Of a stretch of DNA of 64,000 bases, positions 1-7,392 are shown piece by piece. The stretch is from an uncultured bacterium (GTDB lineage: Bacteria > Fidelibacterota > UBA2242 > JAFGTP01). Where the stretch lies: contig CAZCHS010000004.1 in the NCBI GenBank assembly GCA_964498725.1, forward strand, positions 26,876-90,875. The letters run 5' to 3'. Position numbers and translations under genes: made by a program. Every line of letters begins with the position of its first letter. The first letter of the stretch is position 1. Under the pieces are notes generated by a model. It did not search any database. It was given only the letters and a program-made list of their open reading frames with translations, and had not been told where the DNA came from.

Positions 1-355
1 ATTCCACCTGTACTTTTTTGCCTTTGCCCAATTCAGATTTGCCGAAGTTGTCCGGGTCTTTCAAAACCTCATTAATGACTGCTTGTAATGCTTTATCTGA
101 CAGGAAAAAATTAATAAAGCCCGGTTTCTTGATCTCGATTTTCCGTATAAATTCATTTTCTGCCGGAATTGCTTCCACAACTTGTTCCGCGATTTTCATC
201 GGATTATTGCGAAGTTTCTTTGTCAATGTCAGCGCGAGATTAGTGGCAAAATGACCGTGGTCGACCCGCTTTGTGCGTTCTACATGAATGTTATCATGTT
301 CAATTTCCATTGAATTCAGGGCCTGTTGTAACAACTCAGTAATCTTATTTAGCAT
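1..355 (-). CDS. argS: arginine--tRNA ligase, N-terminal part (gene runs off the left edge)
   Basis: Absent from the ORF track because the window edge truncates it. Reverse-strand translation from the ATG at 355-353 gives MLNKITELLQQALNSMEIEHDNIHVERTKRVDHGHFATNLALTLTKKLRNNPMKIAEQVVEAIP..IEIKKPGFINFFLSD..GKGKKVQVE. The HGxFATN, GPGFINF-like and KKVxVE(F) blocks match the classical ArgRS N-terminus. The + strand ORFs 18..254 and 288..500 are antisense or repeat artefacts. Confidence 0.85.
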   Translation of the reverse strand, partial: MLNKITELLQQALNSMEIEHDNIHVERTKRVDHGHFATNLALTLTKKLRNNPMKIAEQVVEAIPAENEFIRKIEIKKPGFINFFLSDKALQAVINEVLKDPDNFGKSELGKGKKVQVE

Positions 356-416
356 CTATTCCTCAATTTTTAGTGGGAATTTAAAATTTCTTCACATTTT
401 TTACAATGAAATAAAA

Positions 417-458
417 AGGTTGAGGTTGAGATTGAGGTTAAGGCTGAGGTTAAGATCA
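417..458. repeat. degenerate hexamer tandem repeat (AGGTTG-like, 7 units)
   Basis: Read directly: AGGTTG AGGTTG AGATTG AGGTTA AGGCTG AGGTTA AGATCA. It lies between the groES stop (515) and the argS start (355). It produces the RLRLRL artefact in ORF 288..500. Confidence 0.8.
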
Positions 459-514
459 GGAAAGCGGATACCCAATGCTCTCAAACTGACCGATCACTGA
501 TTACAGATCACCGA

Positions 515-793
515 TTATATAGCGTCGACATCCTCATATTTACCAAGAATCTCAGACTCCTGAATAAACAAGTATTCTTCGCCATCTTTCTCAAATTTAG
601 TTCCGGCAAATTCTTTGTAAATCACACGATCGCCAATTGATATTTGTTCTTTGGCGACGGCAGAAAGAGCCACCACTTCACCTTCATTGGGCTTTTCTTT
701 GGCAGTATCGGGAATAATGATGCCGCCGGTTGTCTGTTCTTCTTCTGTTGGAGCTTTAACTAACACATAATTATTGACAGGTTGAATTTTCAT
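515..793 (-). CDS. groES: co-chaperonin GroES (10 kDa chaperonin)
   Basis: 92 aa. MKIQPVNNYVLVK...TTGGIIIPDTAKEKPNEGEVVA is the typical GroES N-terminus and mobile loop. GAGGAG RBS upstream. No groEL follows. Confidence 0.9.
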   Translation of the reverse strand: MKIQPVNNYVLVKAPTEEEQTTGGIIIPDTAKEKPNEGEVVALSAVAKEQISIGDRVIYKEFAGTKFEKDGEEYLFIQESEILGKYEDVDAI

Positions 794-808
794 TGTTTTA
801 CTTCTCCT

Positions 809-1399
809 CTATTTTGTATTTATTTCAAGTAGTTCATTAATTCGCGCACGGTCAAATCCGACAATTATTTCACCGTCAATATCGGTTTGCGGGACACCGG
901 TTTGTCCGGTTCGTTGCTGCAGTTCCCGGGCCGCATTGGGGTCTGCCGCCACATCAACATCAGTAAAGGAAACTCGATTTTTCCTTAAATAGCTTTTCAG
1001 TTGATTACAATAAACACAAGTTGGCGTGGAATAAACAGTGACATTGGGTTGCGCCACCTCTTCCCCATGTTCATTTAAAATTGGCGCTTCCTGAAACAGC
1101 ATTTCGTAATAAGATTTCTTTTGTTTTCCATAAATCACATTATAACTGGCATTATTGCGAATCACCAACAGCGCCGGTACGGAATCAATATTATATTCCG
1201 GATGTATGGTTTTTACTTCACCGGCATTGACTGTGTAAATCGGAACGTCTTTGTAATCTTTCTGCAACCCTTTGAATATCTCCAATGCTTCGAGACTTTT
1301 TTGTGATTTGTCAGTGTAGAATAAAACCAGTTTCAATTTTTCATCACTTTTTAATTGTTTTATTGTTTTAACCGCTTTCATTGTTTCAAATTTCTCCAT
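809..1399 (-). CDS. thioredoxin-fold domain fused to a glutaredoxin-like (NrdH/YruB-type) domain
   Basis: C-terminal VTVYSTPTCVYCNQLKSYLRKNRVSFTDVDV...GVPQTDIDGEIIVGFD carries the CxxC glutaredoxin-like pattern. The N-terminal half looks thioredoxin-fold but has no CxxC. I chose the start at the internal MEKFETMKAV (ATG 1399); the longer ORF to 1498 has no RBS. Confidence 0.65.
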   Translation of the reverse strand: MEKFETMKAVKTIKQLKSDEKLKLVLFYTDKSQKSLEALEIFKGLQKDYKDVPIYTVNAGEVKTIHPEYNIDSVPALLVIRNNASYNVIYGKQKKSYYEMLFQEAPILNEHGEEVAQPNVTVYSTPTCVYCNQLKSYLRKNRVSFTDVDVAADPNAARELQQRTGQTGVPQTDIDGEIIVGFDRARINELLEINTK

Positions 1400-1513
1400 A
1401 TAAAATTTTTGATAATTGATCTTTTGGATGGTTGTTTGTGGTACAAGGTTACAAATTATTCTATATGGAAAAACAATTGCGGATTTATATAAAACCACAG
1501 AAATTTATTATAG

Positions 1514-1625
1514 CCTGAATTATTCATGAATTTTCAATTTTTTAAAGGAAAGCGAATAAAATTAACAAGTTATGGAAAAAAATAATTAAAAGAGGAATTG
1601 TAAAATTCATAGAATGATATTCAGG
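1514..1625. repeat. MITE-like 110-bp element, copy 1 (imperfect terminal inverted repeats CCTGAAT-ATTCATGAATTTT / AAAATTCAT-GATATTCAGG)
   Basis: Near-identical (roughly 90 percent by eye) to 56852..56961. The ends are inverted repeats. Intergenic. Confidence 0.75.
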
Positions 1626-1670
1626 CTAATCCCGATAGTTTCCACAGGAAACGGATCGGCGCGAAGCGGG
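1621..1670 (+). repeat. hairpin repeat family 2, short copy A (TCAGGCTAATCCCGATAGTTTCC-ACA-GGAAACGGATCGGCGCGAAGCGGG)
   Basis: Shares both stem halves with 2512..2639 (opposite orientation) and 30241..30346. Only the loop length differs. Confidence 0.75.
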
Positions 1671-1804
1671 AGGCTGTCCCAAAAGGTATAATCTGTCACT
1701 CTGAGCTTGTCGAAGAGTGACTTCGAAGTGACGCTTTCTCCTCTAAAACTGTCTACTTCGACAAGCTCAGCATGACAGTAGAGTTGGGCTTTTGGGACAG
1801 CCTC
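1670..1804. repeat. 135-bp nested palindrome / long hairpin
   Basis: The outer arms GAGGCTGTCCCAAAAG (1670-1685) and CTTTTGGGACAGCCTC (1789-1804) are perfect complements. The inner arms TGTCACTCTGAGCTTGTCGAAG (1694-1715) and CTTCGACAAGCTCAGCATGACA (1756-1777) are complementary with 2 mismatches. The core contains the palindrome ACTTCGAAGT. Confidence 0.8.
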
Positions 1805-1820
1805 AGGATAGAATCAAAGC

Positions 1821-2378
1821 CTATTCAACAGCAATTGACTTATCACTAACTGCAAATTTATTCCCACCCATGTGGTGAATCATTTGCAATCCATTACTAA
1901 AATCCCACTGATTATCTTTCCAGCAGTCTTCCCTGACCTCCGATCTCAAAATCTGTGCAATGAGCAATACTGAACTTCCCATATCCTCAACTTTCGATAC
2001 TCTGCATTCCAGTCTGGCAATCGCTTCTGCCAATAATGGCGCTTTGATTTTCCCGGCTTTTTGTCTTTCTAGGCCAACATAATCGAATTTGTCATCAATT
2101 TCAGAACCACTGACCTTGCCGGCTTTAATCACCTGTTTTGCAATTGAAATATCCGGTATATTAAACCCAAATTCACCGGTTTCATTGATAAATGAGTAAG
2201 AGTAATGTCCCTTTCCGGCCAAAATCGCCACCATCGGGGGTTCCTTGCGCAAGGGCATATTCCAGGCCACAGAAAATAAATTATCCTTTCTGCCATTCCC
2301 TACACTGATCACAGCGACACTTCCCGGTGTGATCAGACGGTGAGGATTTTCAATTTCAAGATATTGTTTTGAAGTCAT
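1821..2378 (-). CDS. flavin reductase-like (FMN-binding split-barrel) protein
   Basis: ITPGSVAVISVGNGRKDNLFSVAWNMPL..PPMVAILAGKGHYSYSFINETGEFGFNIP fits the flavin reductase domain pattern. The start is set at MTSKQYLE (ATG 2378), preceded by AAGGAG. Confidence 0.7.
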   Translation of the reverse strand: MTSKQYLEIENPHRLITPGSVAVISVGNGRKDNLFSVAWNMPLRKEPPMVAILAGKGHYSYSFINETGEFGFNIPDISIAKQVIKAGKVSGSEIDDKFDYVGLERQKAGKIKAPLLAEAIARLECRVSKVEDMGSSVLLIAQILRSEVREDCWKDNQWDFSNGLQMIHHMGGNKFAVSDKSIAVE

Positions 2379-2511
2379 TTTTTCTCCTTTTATAATAGAT
2401 GTGCTTACCAATTACAAGATAAGAGCCGGTGATGCAAACTCGCAAATTTTATTTTTTTACAGGCACTCTGATTCAATTTAATATTTAATGATGGTTTCTT
2501 TTAAACGGAAT

Positions 2512-2639
2512 AACTGCATTATTCATAAAAATATAAACAATATCCGCTTCGCGCCGATACGTTTCCTTTCATCAAACAGCCAAAAATGCTATTTGTCAGG
2601 AGTGAATGTTCCAGCGGAAACTATCGGGATTAATCTGAA
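2512..2639 (-). repeat. hairpin repeat family 2, copy B (reverse orientation, long loop)
   Basis: The reverse complement aligns end to end with 30241..30346: TTCAG-TTAATCCCGATAGTTTCC-CTGGAACAT...GGAAACGTATCGGCGCG-AGCGG...TATTTTTATGAATAATGCAG. Confidence 0.75.
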
Positions 2640-2726
2640 ATTGACTTGTTGCCCAAAATAATCAAGTTTTTCCTTTGACTTTAGAAATATTTTTGCTATT
2701 TATTAAGGTTTAAATATAGAATAGGC

Positions 2727-3179
2727 ATGAATCAAAACGTTGTGATATTACTTGCAGAAGACAATCCAGGACATGCGAAACTAACCAGAAAACACCTGAA
2801 ACGCGCCGGATTGAAAAACACCATTATTCACTTTAACAATGGCGAAGAACTGCTCAACTTTCTTGATAAAAACGGTGAATACCCGAATTCCCCGGAAATC
2901 GAACAGAGCTATTTTATTATAATGGATTTAAAAATGCCAATAATCGATGGGTTCAAAGCTCTTGAACTTTTGAAAAGCAATAACACTTATGCCGTCATTC
3001 CGGTAGTCATATATTCGACCAGTGATGACCCGCTTGAAATTTATAAATGTTATCAGAAAGGCTGCAATGGATATGTCGTTAAACCGGTACAATCCAAAGA
3101 TTTTGCCGATTTTTTAAAAAATTTAGTCAGTTATTTGAAAATTATTCAAATCCCTGTAATCAACAAAAACCTGGAATAA
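2727..3179 (+). CDS. stand-alone response regulator receiver (CheY-like)
   Basis: VVILLAEDNPGH...IIMDLKMPIIDGF...VVIYSTSDDP...GCNGYVVKPV shows the REC acidic pocket, phospho-Asp and conserved Lys pattern. No output domain. Confidence 0.85.
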   Translation: MNQNVVILLAEDNPGHAKLTRKHLKRAGLKNTIIHFNNGEELLNFLDKNGEYPNSPEIEQSYFIIMDLKMPIIDGFKALELLKSNNTYAVIPVVIYSTSDDPLEIYKCYQKGCNGYVVKPVQSKDFADFLKNLVSYLKIIQIPVINKNLE

Positions 3180-3183
3180 CAAA

Positions 3184-4212
3184 ATGATTACTTTACAAGA
3201 AAAATCCACCTTTAAAATCCTTATTGTTGAAGATGACTTTGGCCTCAACAAACTAATCAAACGGAAACTGGAGCGCCAGGGCTTGAACTGCCTGCAAGCA
3301 CATACCGGCCGGGAAGCCATTGAATACTTAATGAACAATGATGAAAAATATCTGGTATTAATGGATTATCTGCTCACTGATATGAATTCCATTGAAATGA
3401 TCCTAAGCCTGAAAGACAATGGCCTGGAATACCCTTTTATAGCAATGACCGGACGGGGCAGCGAAGATATTGCCGTTGAATTGATGAAATTGGGGGCCCG
3501 CGATTATCTCATTAAAAATGAGGAATTTCTCAACGTTTTACCCAATGTGGTAAAAAAAGTGCTGGAAAATATTATCAAAGATGAAAAATTACATGCTGCC
3601 GAGGAAAAAATACATTTTCTGGGTTCCATCACTCAGCAAACTACCGACGCCATTTTTGCCACCGACCTGGAATTCAACATAACTTACACCAACCGGGCCG
3701 CCAGCCAATTATACAAATATACGCAGGATGAATTTTTAGAAATGAATATTCAGGAAATCATTCCCGGCGAATTTCTAGTCCAAAATCGATATGAAATGAT
3801 CAAAAGCACCCGGTCGGAAGGTTACTGGGAACATGAAGAGGAACATCAGAAAAAAAATAAAATGGAATTTTTTGCCAATATCAAGGTTTCTCCGCTTTTT
3901 AGGGACGACCTTTTAATCGCTTTTATATTTATCATTCGCGATGTCACAGAACGTAAAGAACGCGAACAGGAACGGGAAAATTTAATCCGGGAGTTAACCG
4001 CTGCTTTGAACCGTATCAGAACTCTGGAAGGCCTGATACCAATCTGCGCCAGTTGCAAAAAAATCCGTTCTGATGAAGGATATTGGGAAGATGTGGAGGT
4101 TTATATTCGCAACCATTCCAAAGCTGATTTCACCCATGGCTTATGTCCCGATTGCACGAAGGAAATGTATCCTGATATCTATCAAAAATTGAAGGATAAA
4201 GGAAAACTGTAA
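3184..4212 (+). CDS. response regulator receiver + PAS domain + C-terminal 4-Cys module
   Basis: N-terminal REC (ILIVEDDFG..LVLMDYLLTDMNS..IAMTGRG..DYLIKN). PAS-like segment (ITQQTTDAIFATDLEFNITYTNRAASQLYKYTQDEF). Coiled coil, then LIPICASCKKIRSDEGYWEDVEVYIRNHSKADFTHGLCPDCTKEMY. Confidence 0.8.
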   Translation: MITLQEKSTFKILIVEDDFGLNKLIKRKLERQGLNCLQAHTGREAIEYLMNNDEKYLVLMDYLLTDMNSIEMILSLKDNGLEYPFIAMTGRGSEDIAVELMKLGARDYLIKNEEFLNVLPNVVKKVLENIIKDEKLHAAEEKIHFLGSITQQTTDAIFATDLEFNITYTNRAASQLYKYTQDEFLEMNIQEIIPGEFLVQNRYEMIKSTRSEGYWEHEEEHQKKNKMEFFANIKVSPLFRDDLLIAFIFIIRDVTERKEREQERENLIRELTAALNRIRTLEGLIPICASCKKIRSDEGYWEDVEVYIRNHSKADFTHGLCPDCTKEMYPDIYQKLKDKGKL

Positions 4213-4399
4213 TAATCTGCAGATCATAATTCATATTAAACCAAATTTTTTAACAAAATTTATTTTTCAATTGAATTTGTAACATATAATTTTCATAATT
4301 GTAATACAATCATTTTAATCTTTTGATTTTTTATTGAAATGCTTAATTTTCAGGTTAAAATAATTTTAACACTATGAATATATTTGAAAGGAGCACAAA

Positions 4400-5428
4400 A
4401 TGCCTGTTGTAAATTACAAACAATACAAAAGAATGTTAGACAGAGCTCAGGAAAATAATTTTGCCTATCCGGCAGTTAACGTCGCCAATATGGAAGGCGC
4501 CAACGCGGTGATCGAAGGATTCGCCAAAGCCAACAGTGACGGTATCGTGGAAATATCTCCCGGTGGCGGAAAACACGCATCCGGCCAGTTGAAAGATGAA
4601 GTACTGGGCACGATCTCAATCGCTGAACATATTCACAAAATCGCAGCCAAATACGATGTGAATATTGCCCTGCATACTGATCATTGCCCACCGGAAAAAG
4701 TTGACTCTTTTCTGATGCCCTTGATTGAAGAAACCAAAAAACGTCGCGCTGAAGGCAAGCCAAATTTATTCAACAGCCATATGTTTGACGGATGTGAACT
4801 CCCCCTGGAAGAAAACATGGATAAAGCCGAAGAAATTTTAAAAATCTGCGCTGAAAATGAAATTATTCTTGAAATCGAAGCCGGTGTTGTCGGTGGTGAA
4901 GAAGACGGCGTTAACAGAGAAAATGTTGATACATCCAAACTTTACACAACTCCCCAGGACATGGTTTATGTCCATGAAAGACTGAGTAAAATCGAAGGTG
5001 CGAAAATCATGTTCGCGGCAACTTTTGGTAATGTTCACGGCGTTTATAAACCCGGAAATGTTGTCCTGAAACCTTCCATCTTAAAAGAAGGCCAGCAGGT
5101 AGTCATGGACAAATATGGCAAAGATGCCAGATTTTGGTTAGTATTTCATGGCGGATCAGGTTCCAGCCTGGAAGAAATCCATGAAACCCTGGAATACGGT
5201 GTGATCAAAATGAATATTGATACTGATACACAGTATGCTTTTACCCGTCCCATCGTTGACCACTTTTTCAAAAACTATGATGGTATTTTGAAAGTTGACG
5301 GCGAAGTCGGCGTGAAAAAAGTTTATGATCCCCGTAAATACCTGGCCAAAGGACAGGCCGGAATGGCAGACCGAGTTGTGGAAGCCTGCAAAACACTGAA
5401 ATGTGCCGGTCAGTCGGTTAAATTGTAA
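4400..5428 (+). CDS. fba: class II fructose-1,6-bisphosphate aldolase
   Basis: FAYPAVNV near the N-terminus, LHTDHC metal-ligand block and FHGGSGS block. GGAG RBS. Confidence 0.9.
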   Translation: MPVVNYKQYKRMLDRAQENNFAYPAVNVANMEGANAVIEGFAKANSDGIVEISPGGGKHASGQLKDEVLGTISIAEHIHKIAAKYDVNIALHTDHCPPEKVDSFLMPLIEETKKRRAEGKPNLFNSHMFDGCELPLEENMDKAEEILKICAENEIILEIEAGVVGGEEDGVNRENVDTSKLYTTPQDMVYVHERLSKIEGAKIMFAATFGNVHGVYKPGNVVLKPSILKEGQQVVMDKYGKDARFWLVFHGGSGSSLEEIHETLEYGVIKMNIDTDTQYAFTRPIVDHFFKNYDGILKVDGEVGVKKVYDPRKYLAKGQAGMADRVVEACKTLKCAGQSVKL

Positions 5429-5452
5429 AAGTCAGGATAAATTAGTTATTAA

Positions 5453-5487
5453 ACTCACCTCTTGTTATATTTAGGGGTGAGTTTTTT
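5453..5487 (+). terminator. rho-independent terminator after fba
   Basis: ACTCACC ... GGTGAGT stem followed by TTTTT. Confidence 0.65.
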
Positions 5488-5506
5488 AGTATAACCAAGA
5501 GATACA

Positions 5507-6646
5507 ATGTACTTATATCAAAAAAAGAAACGCTATTTTGCCCAGGTGACCGGTGGACTGGAAGACCTGGCTATACAGGAAGTTAAAGAATTGGGCGGAT
5601 ACGGTTGCGAAACAGCTTATCGCGGTATTTATTTTTCCTGCGAAATGAAAAATTTATACAAAATCATTTACCGGTCACGGATATTAACCCGGGTACTGGC
5701 GCCATTGGTGCAATTCCGGGCCTTTGATGATAAACAATTATATGGCAATGCCAAAAGCATAAAGTGGAATGACATTTTTCCATTGCAAAAAAGTTTTAAA
5801 ATTTATGCTAATTCCTCCCATAGTAAACTCCGGCATTCAACCTATGCCGCACAGGTTTTAAAAGACGCTATTGCGGACCAGTTTCGTGAAAAGACCGGCC
5901 AGCGCCCCAGCGTGGACAAGGATAATCCCGATGTTGTTATTAATCTCTATATTCACAGTGATAAAGCCACCATCAGCCTTGACCTTTCCGGGGAATCGCT
6001 GCATAAGCGCAAATACCGGAAAACCAGCACAAAAGCTCCCATGCAGGAGACTTTGGCAGCAGCTATCATTCGCGCTTCACAATGGCAGGGAGAAACACCA
6101 CTTCATGATCCCATGTGCGGTTCCGGCACTCTACTCAGCGAAGCGCTAATGCATTATTGTCACGTGCCAGCAGCGTATTTCAAAGATAAATTTGGATTTT
6201 ACCATTTACCTGATTTTGATGAAAAGGACTGGCTGTTTGTTAAGCAATTAGCAGATGAGCAAATTCGGGAATTGCCGCAAGGCTTGATTGCCGGCAGTGA
6301 TATTGATGCCGACGCTATTAAAGCTGCCGGCGAAAACCTTTCCACTTTTGACGAAGGCGTCAAAGTTGGACTAAAAATCAGTTCCTTTGAGAATCTGCCC
6401 GTTATGAATAATTATACCATCATTACTAATCCGCCCTATGGTGTTCGAATGGGAAAGGAAAAAGAACTTCAGAAACTGTATACAAAATTTGGGGATTTCC
6501 TGAAAAATTCCTGTAAAAACAGTACGGCTTATGTTTATTGCGGCAATCGTGAACTTATCAAATATATCGGGCTGAGAACTTCTTTCAAAATGCCCATGAA
6601 AAATGGTGATCTGGACGGACGTTTGATCAAATTAGAAGTATATTAG
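5507..6646 (+). CDS. THUMP domain-containing class I SAM-dependent RNA methyltransferase (RlmL/UPF0020-like)
   Basis: DPMCGSGTLLSEA SAM-binding motif and NPPYG catalytic motif. N-terminal ferredoxin-like/THUMP-like region. Confidence 0.8.
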   Translation: MYLYQKKKRYFAQVTGGLEDLAIQEVKELGGYGCETAYRGIYFSCEMKNLYKIIYRSRILTRVLAPLVQFRAFDDKQLYGNAKSIKWNDIFPLQKSFKIYANSSHSKLRHSTYAAQVLKDAIADQFREKTGQRPSVDKDNPDVVINLYIHSDKATISLDLSGESLHKRKYRKTSTKAPMQETLAAAIIRASQWQGETPLHDPMCGSGTLLSEALMHYCHVPAAYFKDKFGFYHLPDFDEKDWLFVKQLADEQIRELPQGLIAGSDIDADAIKAAGENLSTFDEGVKVGLKISSFENLPVMNNYTIITNPPYGVRMGKEKELQKLYTKFGDFLKNSCKNSTAYVYCGNRELIKYIGLRTSFKMPMKNGDLDGRLIKLEVY

Positions 6647-6648
6647 GA

Positions 6649-7323
6649 GTGAGCAATATGATCGATCTGGCTCTGCATGAAAAATTTGTTTTGCTAACCA
6701 TCAATGACGAAAAAGGCACTATTGCCTATGGTTATTCCAAAAGTTATGGATTTGCCGGTATTTTACTGATGGAATTGTATAATAGAAATCTGGTAGAAAT
6801 TAAGGACAAGAAAATCTCATTCACGGACAAAACTACAGACTCTTCAATCTTAAATGATGCTCTAAAAATCCTGAAAGAGCGAAAAAAACCGCCTAAAATC
6901 AACCAGGCAATACATTTATTAAGCCAAAAGATGCATAAACATTTTGACCGGGTTATTGAACGATTGGTTGAGAAAGATATTTTAAAAATAGCGGATAAAA
7001 AAGTTCTCTGGCTGTTTAATGTCAAGTATTATCCCACCCAAAATCCGGAACCGGAAAATCTTGTCAAGAGCAAGATCAAAAGCATTGTCCTTTATGGCGA
7101 TCATCCTGACCCCGAAAGTCTCTGTTTGATCAGTTTGATCCACGTGCTGGACCTGTATAAAGAGGTCTTTAGCAAAGAGGAAAAAAAGAAGGCTAAAAAG
7201 AAAGTAAAAGAGATTGTCAAAGAACAAAAAATCGCCGGAGATATTCAAAATATTATTCAGCAGGAAATTATGATTGCGGTCAATGCAGGTGTCACTGCAG
7301 CAACCATTGCCACCACAAACTAA
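6649..7323 (+). CDS. GPP34/GOLPH3-like family protein
   Basis: LALHEKFVLLTINDEKGTI...FAGILLMELYNRNLVEI resembles the bacterial GPP34 N-terminal pattern. The start may be GTG 6649 or ATG 6658. Confidence 0.5.
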   Translation: MSNMIDLALHEKFVLLTINDEKGTIAYGYSKSYGFAGILLMELYNRNLVEIKDKKISFTDKTTDSSILNDALKILKERKKPPKINQAIHLLSQKMHKHFDRVIERLVEKDILKIADKKVLWLFNVKYYPTQNPEPENLVKSKIKSIVLYGDHPDPESLCLISLIHVLDLYKEVFSKEEKKKAKKKVKEIVKEQKIAGDIQNIIQQEIMIAVNAGVTAATIATTN

Positions 7324-7392
7324 TTATTCCTATGAAAAAGTATAATAATTCTTTAAGTTTAGAAGTAAAATTTTAATAAACAGGAGATGCAA

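Noticed and set aside
1535-1594. Small ORF inside the MITE-like element (MNFQFFKGKRIKLTSYGKK).
   Set aside because: The second copy diverges and terminates differently (..LTGYEKLIKR). There is no RBS, so the element is better explained as non-coding.
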